NCBI GenBank assembly: GCA_002104905.1
Contig: MCFE01000311.1
Location: 1 to 64,000, forward strand
Direction: 5' to 3'
Source: Basidiobolus meristosporus CBS 931.73
Lineage: Eukaryota > Fungi > Basidiobolomycota
Length of the DNA stretch: 64,000 nt
Each line of letters begins with the position of its first letter. Position 1 is the first letter of the stretch. The notes beneath the pieces were generated by a model that was given only the letters and a program-made list of their open reading frames with translations, had not been told where the DNA came from and searched no databases. A program made the position numbers and the translations under genes. Positions 13,380 to 25,803 of this stretch are shown piece by piece.

Positions 13380-15091
13380 ATGGGGAAATCGTTCACTGCT
13401 GAAGATGTCAAGAAGCACAACACCGAAAACGACTGTTGGATCATTGTTCATGGCAAGGTAAAGATCCAAGTCGATGCTAACTAATGGTATACGCACGTGG
13501 CCCGACCCTAACCTCAATCCCTTCGCAATAGGTCTATGACCTTAGCAACTTCCTAAGCGAGCATCCAGGTGGCAAAAAGGTTGGTGTGGCTACTGCTTCC
13601 ATACGCCCAGCATTGTTGTGACCATTTGGAGTGTAGGTTCTGATTCGAGTGGCTGGCACTGATGCCTCAAAGCAGTTCGACAACTTCCACAACAAAGCGG
13701 TCCTTGACCAGTGGGGCCCGAAGCTTCTTGTTGGCAGCATCGGTGAAGCGGCAAGCTCGTCATCGAGTGAAGACAACACTACGTCATCCGAAGAGAACCC
13801 CGAGTATTTCGGAGAGCTGATACCATTCGGGGATCCATCCTGGTACTACGCACCCAGCCCCTACTACAATGACAGTCACAAGCGACTGAGAGCTGCACTC
13901 CGCAAGTTTGTTGACAAGGAGATCATGCCCTTTGCTCACGAGTGGGACGAGGCAAAGAAGATTCCTCAAGAGTTGTTCATCAAATTGGCGAAGGCGGGTA
14001 TTCTTTCGGCTGTGGTTGGTCATCCATATCCTACTGCATACGCGCCAACGAAAAATCTTATTGGCGACGTAACCCCGGAGGAGTTTGACCCATTCCACGA
14101 GTTCATTATTTGCGATGAAATCTCTCGATGCGGCAGTGGTGGTGTATTGTGGGGTTTGATAGGCGGCTTGGGGATTGGACTGCCACCCATCCTCAACTTT
14201 GGATCTGAGGAACTAAAGCAAAAGGTTGTACCTGGTTGCCTATCAGGAGAGAAGTTCATCTGCCTAGCCATCACTGAGCCATATGCTGGTAGTGATGTAG
14301 CCAACCTCCGGTGCGAAGCGAAGCTTACTGACGATGGAAAGCACTACATTGTCAACGGAGAGAAGAAATGGATCACCAATGGAGTTTGGGCGGACTACTT
14401 CACCGTGGCTGTGAGAACTGGTGGAGAGGGGATGGGAGGAGTGTCACTATTGCTGGTCGAGCGCACCATGCCTGGTGTGAAGACGAGGCAAATGCAGTGC
14501 TCGGGGGTGTGGTGCTCTGGAACATCCTACATCACATTTGAGGATGTCAAGGTGCCGAAGAGTAATCTAATTGGTGAAGAAAATAGGGGATTTAAGCATA
14601 TCATGCATAATTTTAACCACGAACGCATAGTCAGCACAACCCAAGCATTACGGTTCTCACGTGTTTGTCTTGAGGAATCCATCAAGTACGCCAACAAGCG
14701 CAAGACTTTCGGTAAGAAGCTAATCGATCACCCAGTCATCCGTGACAAGTGTGCGAGAATGGCTGGTAAGATTGAGGCGGTGCATGCTTGGATGGAATCG
14801 CTGATCAACATGACGAAGGTGATGCCGCAGGATATGCAGATGGTCGCCCTTGGTGGGCCTATTGCACTACTTAAAGTACAGATCACTCAGACGTTTGAGT
14901 TCTGTGCTCGTGAGGCAGCGCAAATCTTTGGGGGTCTTTCCTACACTCGAGGTGGCCAAGGAGAGAAGATTGAGCGATTGTACCGCGAGGTGAGAGCCTT
15001 CGCCATTCCAGCTGGTTCGGAAGAAATCATGCTTGATTTGGGCATAAGACAAAGCGTCAAAGCGGCCAAAATGTTTGGTGCAAAGATGTAG
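13380..15091 (+). CDS. Cytochrome b5 domain-acyl-CoA dehydrogenase fusion, copy 1 (3 exons)
   Basis: Spliced N-terminus [26 protein letters not shown]|[16 protein letters not shown]|[14 protein letters not shown] contains the b5 HPGG motif. It is followed by ACAD motifs [22 protein letters not shown] and FNHER. Confidence 0.93.
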
Positions 15092-15406
15092 ATCGCTTCA
15101 CAACAGACCAATTTTGGGCGAAAGACCGAGGGCTGGTCCAATCCTTACAACCCTCTTCTACCTGTCCCCAGAGCAACCAACTGTGGCTCATGTTTATATG
15201 TAGTAAAGATACAATAAATCACGAGGATTTCGACAATTACAATTTTTGCCTCGAGGACAAAATTATGTAGAAACCAGACGAGAAACCAAAGTAAACAGTA
15301 CCGTTACTTAATGGTTAGGATTATTAAAGAGCACTTATCGGCCCTTGATTCGTTATTCTGAAAATAAGTAAGAACAAGGATAGTCACGAGTCAAACCCAA
15401 GCCAAC

Positions 15407-15532
15407 TCATGGTTTAGTATCGTCATCACGATAGTTACCAACGCCGAGATTGTCTTGGCTGCCATCAATATTCTCTTGAAAAGAGGCAGCGAGGTTGGGC
15501 ATCACATTAGGGGAACTAATGGCTCTAGACAT
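15407..15532 (-). pseudogene. Decayed 5' fragment of the AAT gene carried in the tandem-duplication unit
   Basis: Translates as ...NLAASFQENIDGSQDNLGVGNYRDDDTKP*, versus [33 protein letters not shown]. The adjacent GAATTCAATGGTC matches the AAT promoter near 12441-12455. Confidence 0.75.
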
Positions 15533-16142
15533 CTTGCAGTAGAGGGCTAAGAATTCAATGGTCTATTTCGAAAATTCCATAAGTGCCTCAAGCCACCAAG
15601 CAGGTACATTTATCAATCCTCATCATCCCAACCACAACCTAAATTGATAATCATTCATCATAGAGTAGTAGGCTGCTGACTGCTATCGGAAACTGTTGAT
15701 GCTAGGCGAAGAGGCTTGAAAACGAGTATTCCAGTCTGAGGCTAGGCTTGATTATTAAATAAACTATTTCAGATTTAGCAACATAGATTTAGTTCTGGGA
15801 TAACTTAGTACAACTGCATAACAGAGAACACTGACACGACAATTGCTATTCACGTAATACCACTCCTCCAACAAAATGACAATCACCCCCTTTTGTCTTG
15901 TATGAAGTCTTACACCTGACCTTCAATAATAATCGTTTACATAAGATACCCATGTGAAAATACAGTGGGCCCCCTCTGCTATTCACTGGCTACTATGCGT
16001 CTTAAAGTTAGAATGGATTCAAAAGGCTGGCCTGGTTCACGTGCGAATAGGACATAAGATATGTGATGACAATATAAAGCCTGCTCTTTCTCTTCAGCTC
16101 ACCAGCGTCCACTCTCACTCTCACCTTTCAGACATAACAACA

Positions 16143-17854
16143 ATGGGGAAATCGTTCACTGCTGAAGATGTCAAGAAGCACAACACCGAAAACGACTGTT
16201 GGATCATTGTTCATGGCAAGGTAAAGATCCAAGTCGATGCTAACTAATGGTATACGCACGTGGCCCGACCCTAACCTCAATCCCTTCGCAATAGGTCTAT
16301 GACCTTAGCAACTTCCTAAGCGAGCATCCAGGTGGCAAAAAGGTTGGTGTGGCTACTGCTTCCATACCCCCAGCATTGTTGTGACCATTTGGAGTGTAGG
16401 TTCTGATTCGAGTGGCTGGCACTGATGCCTCAAAGCAGTTCGACAACTTCCACAACAAAGCGGTCCTTGACCAGTGGGGCCCGAAGCTTCTTGTTGGCAG
16501 CATCGGTGAAGCGGCAAGCTCGCCATCGAGTGAAGACAACACTACGTCATCCGAAGAGAACCCCGAGTATTTCGGAGAGCTGATACCATTCGGGGATCCA
16601 TCCTGGTACTACGCACCCAGCCCCTACTACAATGACAGTCACAAGCGACTAAGAGCTGCACTCCGCAAGTTTGTTGACAAGGAGATCATGCCCTTTGCTC
16701 ACGAGTGGGACGAGGCAAAGAAGATTCCTCAAGAACTGTACCCCAAGTTAGCCAAGGTGGGTATTCTTTCGGCTGTGGTTGGTCATCCATATCCTACTGC
16801 GTACGCGCACACGAAAAATCTTATTGGCGACGTAACCCCGGAGGAGTTTGACCCATTCCACGAGTTCATTATTTGCGATGAAATCTCTCGATGTGGCAGT
16901 GGTGGTGTATTGTGGGGTTTGATGGGTGGCTTGGGGATTGGACTGCCACCCATCCTCAACTTTGGATCTGAGGAACTAAAGCAAAAGGTTGCACCTGGTT
17001 GCCTATCAGGAGAGAAGTTCATCTGCCTAGCCATCACTGAGCCATATGCTGGTAGTGATGTAGCCAACCTCCGATGCGAAGCGAAGCTTACTGACGATGG
17101 AAAGCACTACATTGTCAACGGAGAGAAGAAATGGATCACCAATGGAGTTTGGGCGGACTACTTCACCGTGGCTGTGAGAACTGGTGGAGAGGGGATGGGA
17201 GGAGTGTCACTATTGCTGGTCGAGCGCACCATGCCTGGTGTGAAGACGAGGCAAATGCAGTGCTCGGGGGTGTGGTGCTCTGGAACATCCTACATCACAT
17301 TTGAGGATGTCAAGGTGCCAAGGAGCAATCTAGTTGGTAAAGAAAACAAGGGATTCAAATACATCATGTACAACTTCAACCATGAACGCATGGGTATCGC
17401 AATCCAAGCATCACGATTCTCACGTGTTTGTCTTGAGGAATCCATCAAGTACGCCAACAAGCGCAAGACTTTCGGTAAGAAGCTGATCGATCACCCAGTC
17501 ATCCGTGACAAGTGTGCGAGAATGGCTGGTAAGATTGAGGCGGTGCATGCTTGGATGGAATCGCTGATCAACATGACGAAGGTGATGCCGAAGGACATGC
17601 AGATGGTTGCCCTTGGCGGGCCTATTGCGCTTCTCAAGGCGCAGTCTACTCAGACGTTTGAGTTCTGTGCTCGTGAGGCAGCGCAAATCTTTGGGGGTCT
17701 TTCCTACACTCGAGGTGGCCAAGGAGAGAAGATTGAGCGATTGTACCGCGAGGTGAGAGCCTACGCCATCCCAGGTGGTTCGGAAGAAATCATGCTCGAT
17801 TTGGGGATGAGACAGAGCCTTAAAGTGGCCGAAATGTTTGGTGCAAAGATGTAG
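16143..17854 (+). CDS. Cytochrome b5 domain-acyl-CoA dehydrogenase fusion, copy 2
   Basis: Same exon structure and near-identical sequence to copy 1; intact frame. Confidence 0.93.
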
Positions 17855-18530
17855 ATCGCCTCACAACAGACCAATTTTGGACGAAGGGCTAAGGAATAGG
17901 GTAATTCCTGCAACCCTCTTCTACCTGTCCCCAGAGCAACCAACTGTAGCTCATGTTTATATGTAGTAAAGATAAAATAAATCACCAGAATTTAACCCGT
18001 CATTTACCGACTCTCATTATTCTGACTTTTGGAGGCTGAATTCAACAACCAAACTTGACGAACCACTAATAACGTGACGTTTGGCCTTCAATAGATGATT
18101 AATGCTGCCTAATGCTTGGCCAAGATACACTCAGAACCTGAACGTAGAGTTTATTCTGATTTGCCGATATTTAGATTTGCTTTACGGATAACTTAATACA
18201 ACTGCATAACAGAGAACACTGACACGACAATTGCTATTCACGTAATACCACTCCTCCAACAAAATGACAATCACCCCCTTTTGTCTTGTATGAAGTCTTA
18301 CACCTGACCTTCAATAATAATCGTTTACATAAGATACCCATGTGAAAATACAGTGGGCCCCCTCTGCTATTCACTGGCCACTATGCGTCTTAAAGTTAGA
18401 ATGGATTCAAAAGGCTGGCCTGGTTCACGTGCGAATAGGATATAAGATATGTGATGACAATATAAAGCCTGCTCTTTCTCTTCAGCTCACCAGCGTCCAC
18501 TCTCACTCTCACCTTTCAGATATAACAACA

Positions 18531-20242
18531 ATGGGGAAATCGTTCACTGCTGAAGATGTCAAGAAGCACAACACCGAAAACGACTGTTGGATCATTGTTC
18601 ATGGCAAGGTAAAGATCCAAGTCGATGCTAACGAATGGTATACGCACGTGGCCCGACCCTAACCTCAATCCCTTCGCAATAGGTCTATGACCTTAGCAAC
18701 TTCCTAAGCGAGCATCCAGGTGGCAAAAAGGTTGGTGTGGCTACTGCTTCCATACGCCCAGCATTGTTGTGACCATTTGGAGTGTAGGTTCTGATTCGAG
18801 TGGCTGGCACTGATGCCTCAAAGCAGTTCGACAACTTCCACAACAAAGCGGTCCTTGACCAGTGGGGCCCGAAGCTTCTTGTTGGCAGCATCGGTGAAGC
18901 GGCAAGCTCGTCATCGAGTGAAGACAACACTACGTCATCCGAAGAGAACCCCGAGTATTTCGGAGAGCTGATACCATTCGGGGATCCATCCTGGTACTAC
19001 GCACCCAGCCCCTACTACAATGACAGTCACAAGCGACTGAGAGCTGCACTCCGCAAGTTTGTTGACAAGGAGATCATGCCCTTTGCTCACGAGTGGGACG
19101 AGGCAAAGAAGATTCCTCAAGAGTTGTTCATCAAATTGGCGAAGGCGGGTATTCTTTCGGCTGTGGTTGGTCATCCATATCCTACTGCATACGCGCACAC
19201 GAAAAATCTTATTGGCGACGTAACCCCGGAGGAGTTTGACCCATTCCACGAGTTCATTGTCTGTGATGAAATCTCTCGATGCGGCAGTGGTGGTGTATTG
19301 TGGGGTTTGGTGGGTGGCTTGGGGATTGGACTGCCACCCATCCTCAACTTTGGATCTGAGGAACTAAAGCAAAAGGTTGCACCTGGTTGCCTATCAGGAG
19401 AGAAGTTCATCTGCCTAGCCATCACTGAGCCATATGCTGGTAGTGATGTAGCCAACCTCCGGTGCGAAGCGAAGCTTACTGACGATGGAAAGCACTACAT
19501 TGTCAACGGAGAGAAGAAATGGATCACCAATGGAGTTTGGGCGGACTACTTCACCGTTGCTGTGAGAACTGGTGGAGAGGGGATGGGAGGAGTGTCACTA
19601 TTGCTGGTCGAGCGCACCATGCCTGGTGTGAAGACGAGGCAAATGCAGTGCTCGGGGGTGTGGTGCTCTGGAACATCCTACATCACATTTGAGGATGTCA
19701 AGGTGCCAAGGAGCAATCTAGTTGGTAAAGAAAACAAGGGATTCAAATACATCATGTACAACTTCAACCATGAACGCATGGGTATCGCAATCCAAGCATC
19801 ACGATTCTCACGTGTTTGTCTTGAGGAATCCATCAAGTACGCCAACAAGCGCAAGACTTTCGGTAAGAAGCTGATCGATCACCCAGTCATCCGTGACAAG
19901 TGTGCGAGAATGGCTGGTAAGATTGAGGCGGTGCATGCTTGGATGGAATCGCTGATCAACATGACGAAGGTGATGCCGAAGGACATGCAGATGGTTGCCC
20001 TTGGCGGGCCTATTGCGCTTCTCAAGGCGCAGTCTACTCAGACGTTTGAGTTCTGTGCTCGTGAGGCAGCGCAAATCTTTGGGGGTCTTTCCTACACTCG
20101 AGGTGGCCAAGGAGAGAAGATTGAGCGATTGTACCGCGAGGTGAGAGCCTACGCCATCCCAGGTGGTTCGGAAGAAATCATGCTCGATTTGGGGATGAGA
20201 CAGAGCCTTAAAGTGGCCGAAATGTTTGGTGCAAAGATGTAG
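18531..20242 (+). CDS. Cytochrome b5 domain-acyl-CoA dehydrogenase fusion, copy 3
   Basis: Same exon structure; promoter and 3' half match copy 2, while several 5' variants match copy 1. Confidence 0.93.
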
Positions 20243-20595
20243 ATCGCCTCACAACAGACCAATTTTGGACGAAGGGCCGAGGAATGGCCTAATTTCTGCA
20301 ACCTTCTTCCACTTGTTACCAGAATCACTAATTGTAGTTGATATCTGTATGTATTAATGAATTAATAAATCATAAGAATTCCAATCATCCCATCACGTGC
20401 ATGTGGCCTTGTCACACTACTTCTACAAACACTTTCATTAATATGGACGGCTAGAATCTAGGTCCATTGGACGTCAATGGGTTTCATTGTTCCAACGATT
20501 ACGTACCCAAGAGGCCTTCACGTGCAACGTCAGACTATATGCTTATAAGTAATATTCGGACACCATAGCTCCAAACATATTATCAAACCTTCGCA

Positions 20596-21123
20596 ATGAG
20601 CGCAGAAGCCGATTCAGCAATTCATGACCAAGTGGTGCATCAGGACGAGCAAACCCAGGAAACCAATCGAGTGATCCTCATTCCCGTTGACGAGTCACAA
20701 AACAGCAGATATGCGATCGAATGGTCCATTGAAAATTTCCTCAGACCAAAGAGTGATATCGTAGTCCTTACTCATGTTCGGCCCCTGTATGTTAGCAGTG
20801 GCACCTTTGCCACTGGCTACGTAGATATGGGTAGCTATGCCACTACGATCGAAGACCAATATCGTGAGGGCAGCCATCGGTTGCTCAAGGAATACGCACA
20901 TATTTTGAAAGAGAAGAACATTCTTTGCAAAGCCATAGCCATGCGTGGTGATGCGAGGGAGGAAATCCTCCGAAAGGCAGTCGAACTGAAGGCAGACATG
21001 GTGATCATGGGTTCTCGAGGCCTGGGCACCCTCAAAAGAGCTCTTTTGGGTAGCGTTAGTGACTACTGTGCCCATAATCTACCCATGCCTCTGGTGATCG
21101 TAAAGGAAAAAGAGAAGCATTAA
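20596..21123 (+). CDS. Universal stress protein (USP/UspA domain)
   Basis: RVILIPVDESQNSRYAIEW...DMVIMGSRGLGTLKRALLGSVSDYCAHN is the canonical USP signature. Confidence 0.93.
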   Translation: MSAEADSAIHDQVVHQDEQTQETNRVILIPVDESQNSRYAIEWSIENFLRPKSDIVVLTHVRPLYVSSGTFATGYVDMGSYATTIEDQYREGSHRLLKEYAHILKEKNILCKAIAMRGDAREEILRKAVELKADMVIMGSRGLGTLKRALLGSVSDYCAHNLPMPLVIVKEKEKH

Positions 21124-21682
21124 GCCTGCCTGTTTTTGACAGCCATTGTAAAGAATCATTATAAACACCTAACAATAAATGCCAACTACGCCAAGCACTA
21201 ATACCTCTGTTGTCTACGGGGTATTTGGAGCCAGTCACCTCCAATCCACCACATACATTTTTAATGATTAATAATTGCGATGTAGTACACCCAAATACTC
21301 ATTCATTTCGACATGTACACACGCCATGTTTCCCAGAGGGTCACCAAAACCGCTGTGTATCATCTTGTGGGATGACCGAAGCTTTACATCGCTTGCCTTC
21401 AAAACCTTGGCCCATGCTACCAAACCGGCTTAATAGCTCATTAGCTGAGGCCTGTAGGCAACAAAATAGCGTACCTCTCTGCTCTTATGTTATGCGTGTA
21501 TATGTTGGTGTCTGGCGTGCAAATATAGCAGGGGGCTCCAACCCATTATGAATAGCATACATCAAACAAGGGAACCCCATCTACCTATCGATATTCGATC
21601 AACGTACGGAGAGAAATGTAAAGGCTCAGTTGTAAGAAAAAACATAGGCAAGTTTTTTCACATTTATTCAATGTGGCGGAGC

Positions 21683-22038
21683 TTAGATCTCGGCGACAGT
21701 GAGGGAAGGAGGAAGAGATTGCTTGAGCTTCTCGGCCTTGTCAAGATCAGCAACAACAAGGGTGTAAAGATACTTGGAGCATCTGATCTTGAACTTAACT
21801 TCAGCACCGTTCTTCTTGATACGGGCGGACCTGGCGTCCTTGCGGCGAGCGATTTCAAGGAAGTTCTTGATGTCTTGGACTTGCTTGGGCTGTGGAAGAA
21901 AAGGGTTAGCAACAGCACCATATCAATCAACTGGTCAGTGTCCATCCATCATCATTCACTTTGATATGAGATAAACAATCTCAGCGAACGTTTGAGATGT
22001 GACCTGAAACCGATAGAAATGTTTGAAGTGCTAACCAT
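21683..22038 (-). CDS. RPL38: 60S ribosomal protein L38 (eL38), intron after ATG
   Basis: ATG at 22038-22036, intron 22035-21890, then [68 protein letters not shown]. Missed by the ORF track. Confidence 0.93.
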
Positions 22039-22318
22039 ATTGAAGAACGGCCAAATAGGTCGATATGTCGAAAGAGAGAGCTTCGTCGCTGTTTGTTCTC
22101 TACTTTTATTGTTCCTTCAGCCCCTCCTTATGATTCGTTTAACTTTCTAAATTTGTCCAGCAGGACAGCCAATTACATCAGTCAGTGATCATCAATTTTC
22201 AAGTAAGAAATCTAAGGAATATTTATTCAAGAATCAATACATTCTAGAATCTAGTGTTCAGTTCACGTCTATGGTATTAAGATATGATGGGTAACTGGCT
22301 GGGGATGCACGAAGGGAA

Positions 22319-23056
22319 TCACTTGAGCAGTACGGTCTCGTCCTTGAGAGACATGACAAACTAGAAAACTCAAGCGTTAGTACAAAGAAATTGAATGGCA
22401 ATGAGAGAAACTAGCCATGAACTTACGAATTCCTCAAATTTTTTCTCAATTTCACTCTTCTCGAGTTTGCACTCGGGATGTTTACTGAATTTCTTGACCA
22501 CCTTTTTGCGGAGAGTCTTGAGGGACAAGTCGTTTTCCTTCTCCAGGACACTTCTGATAGCCAGTTTGACAGTCTTAGAGTAGTCCGGGTCAAGCTTCTT
22601 CTCGTCCCACTGGTTGTCGCTCTTCTTGGACTTCTTACTGGGGGTATCTTTGACCTTCTCCTCTTCCTTGCGCTTCTTGGGTGTTTCAACTGGAGTTTCC
22701 TTTTTCTCCTCAGTCACTTTCTTCAGGTCAGCAACAATAGTGGCTGGTTGAGCAGCGGGTTTTGGAGTGTTGTTCTGCTTGGGTGTTTGCTGCTTGTTGG
22801 CGCCCTTCTTCCCCTTGAAGAGACCCTTTTCATACTTCTCTGCCTCGCTGATGCAAGAGGTATGTTGGCGATAGTCCGTCCCCTGGAAGGATACGTAGCA
22901 GTCGATGCAAGAATACGAAGCGTAAGGGCAGCGACCGAAGTGGGAGTCGAGTTTATTTTTTTTCAAGGTTTCTTGGCAAGTATCGCAGACTAGATAGACA
23001 CCGTTAGCTTATGATATACTCAGATACACCTTAACACACTTACCAAAGGAGACCAT
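22319..23056 (-). CDS. LYAR-type C2HC zinc-finger nucleolar protein, 3 exons
   Basis: Spliced MVSFVCDTCQETLKKNKLDSHFGRCPYASYSCIDC...YRQHTSCISEAEKY, a Lys/Glu-rich middle region, and a last exon FVMSLKDETVLLK*. Confidence 0.88.
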
Positions 23057-23348
23057 TTTTGGCACGGATTCGAGAAAAAGAGCAGTTGGTAAACCCACTT
23101 ACTAACGGGTTTACATATATATGTAATTTACATCAACTACTAACCAATTTTTTTTCCGCACCATGCTTTTTTTTATCATTCACGGCTGTTCAGCCAGATC
23201 AGGAAAGTCGAATTATCGCGGGAGATAAACGGTTCTTAAATTGATATCTCTGAGTGATGCTTATTTGCTGCGCCTCCAGTATGTTGGATTTATTGTCGAG
23301 CAGGCGTATCTCTCCGTTTTCAAGTACCATTGCTGGAATCAATACATT

Positions 23349-24948
23349 ATGGCTGCCTCAAGAAAACTCTGTTAAGACAACGATTGCCAAAACCCTGCGC
23401 CTTTGTAATGCCCTACCTGTCGCAAGCTCAATCCGGAGGATTCCTACTTGTGCTCCCAAGAATGTTTTAAGAATAACTGGCCAACTCACAAGTCGGTTCA
23501 CAAGAGCGTTTTCCGAGGTGCCCAACATGACATCGTGATATCTGCTTCTTAGCTCTAACTTTCCTGACCCACCAGAAACCAACAACCCTTGGCCCGGTTA
23601 CCGTCACACCGGTAAAATAAGACCCCATTATCCTTTAGCGCCTAAGCGCGAGCTTCCAGAACACATTAAAAGACCAGACTACGACGACAAAGCTGATGGC
23701 ACTGTATGAGTTTTTCGCAGCCAAGACTGGACAACGCCTAAATACGGCCATTCTAAGTGTCCTTGGATGCGGACCTGGTAGCTGGGCTTCGACCAAAATC
23801 GCTCCTCTCACCGATCCCTCTGATATCGAGAAAATGAGAACCTTATGCAGGGTATATGTTGTCGTGCTCCAGTGGCCTATTTTTCTTTCTTTGCTTACGG
23901 CGTTTGGTGCAAAGCTTGCTCGTGAGGTATTGGATGTTGCCGGTAAAGCAGTCAGACCAGGCATTTCTGCTGACGAAATTGATTGGTAGTCAGCATATAG
24001 CTAGCATGATTGTCGACACCGGTATTCAGCGTAAGTCCAATAGACAAATTTGTTCACGAAGCATGTATCGAGCGTAACGCTTACCCATCTACCTTGAATT
24101 ACAACAGATTCCCAAAGTCCTGCTGCATGTAAGTATTCAGTAGTGGCTGACGGGATCGAAACTAACCGATGCATCTATCAGCTCCGTTAACGAGGTCATT
24201 TGCCGCGGTATTCCCGATCGCCGTCCTTTGGAGGACTGTGATATCATCAGCATCGATGTTACCCTTTTCCACGACGGATTCCACGGTGATTTGAACGAAA
24301 CCTATTTCGTTGGTAATGTCGACGAAAAGAGCAAGAAACTTGCCAAGGTTACCATGGAATGCTTGGAAAAAGCCATCGCTCTTGGTTGGTAGACCTCGTC
24401 CTACGCAGCCAAGTTCCATACTAACCCATGCCCTTCGCTAGCCAAGCCCTATACCCTGTATCATGACATTGGTGGCGCCATTGACAAGCATGCCACGAGC
24501 AATGGATTCTCAGTTGTCAGATCGTATTGTGGCCATGGCATCAACCGGTAAGTCTGTCAACGCTATGACCAAGCTGGCGATACTAACGAATGTCCTAGAT
24601 TCTTCCATTGTGCACCTGACGTTCCGCATTGTGCCAGTGAGTTGGTTTCAATCTCCCCACATCCTGAGTAGATCTGACAGCATTCGATATATCTAAGAAA
24701 CAAGGCGGTTGGGGTCATGAAGCCGGGTCATACATTCACCATTGAACCGATGATTTCCGAAGGTAGGCTTGGCACAGATGCACTTTTCTAGCTGGCATAA
24801 GAGTATTCACTTTCGTTCCAAATCACTAGGCGTGTGGCAAGACGAACAATGGCCCGATGAGTGGACCGTTGTCACTGCCGATGGTAAGCGCTCCGCCCAG
24901 TTCGAGCAGATTTTGCTCATCACAGAGACTGGATGCGAGATTTTGTAA
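23349..24948 (+). pseudogene. MAP1: Methionine aminopeptidase 1 pseudogene (multi-exon)
   Basis: The zinc finger (CPTCRKL...CSQECFK..W..HK..HK) and catalytic exons ([36 protein letters not shown]) are recognisable. Lesions: in-frame TAA at 23373-75 and 23406-08, an apparent 1-nt frameshift near 23785, an apparent GT>AT donor near 23982, and conserved-site changes (CHG>CRG, FEHT>FEQI). Confidence 0.85.
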
Positions 24949-25803
24949 GCACCCTTTGTTGCCGTGCCTTTGCTGCACGATGTGCTAATCTCCATGAATC
25001 GTATAGGACCCGCCGCTTGGCCGACTTCCCTTGCTCTGTCCCCAGCACCCTTCAACGATCCCCCTAACTGTTGATTACCCACTTATGAAGTAGAGAATAT
25101 CCAGCCATGTGTTACGTACTGCTCTTTATCATTCCAGTATAACGGGTGGATTATTACGGAATATCCTGTCGACATCCCATATTCTCCGTAGCTTGGTCCA
25201 TCACATCCCGTCATAAACAGGTAGAACAGAGTTAGAAACAGGCCATCGAAGTAATACCACATTTCACCGGCTTCAATAGTGGGAAAGCAGCGCTTCGAAA
25301 GAGCCGGAGTGAGAATCAGCCACCGTGGAAAAATCAATGGTTACCCAGGAAGGTTACTGGGTAGATGCATGCTCTTTATAGAACGTGCTTCTACCGTGGT
25401 AATTAATATAGAGTAAAAAAGGACATATCAAACGTTATACAGGTCTTGAAGCAGAGGGCAATTTCGGAATCCTCTCAGTGTGCTGCAGCACCTACTTGTA
25501 TAATCTAGCTTTCGATATTGGATAAACCTAGTAGTGGGGTGGTCGTTACACCGTTTCTCCCGTTGATAATCATTTTCGCAAGGTTGCCAGGCTCTAGCAG
25601 GCAGAGCTCAATATATATTCACTCGATCAATTGGGTTGTGTGTACGACCAGAATTAATCCATTATAGAGTATTACCAAAATCGACCACAGCTGATTAAGT
25701 TGTACCACTCGATGAAAAATGGCTCGTGTATCCTCCGTATGGCTATAAATTATTGAGACGATACCGCTTGTACGGAGTCCACCCAGGTTATTGTCTACTA
25801 GGA

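Larger units (their letters stand above)
13080..20290 (+). repeat. Three-unit tandem direct repeat (about 2.4-2.8 kb period)
   Basis: Gene, introns, about 300 bp of upstream sequence and part of the 3' UTR recur at 13.1, 15.8 and 18.2 kb. Confidence 0.95.

Noticed and set aside
21890-22035. Box C/D snoRNA in the longer-than-usual RPL38 intron (ATGATGA...CTGA)
   Set aside because: The boxes are too close together, and there is no terminal stem or recognisable rRNA guide.
23349-23410. TAA-to-Gln codon reassignment or readthrough suggested by in-frame TAA at a conserved Gln in MAP1
   Set aside because: TAA terminates LEU1, AAT2, USP, RPL38 and RPL17 in this window, and MAP1 has other independent lesions, so pseudogenisation is simpler.
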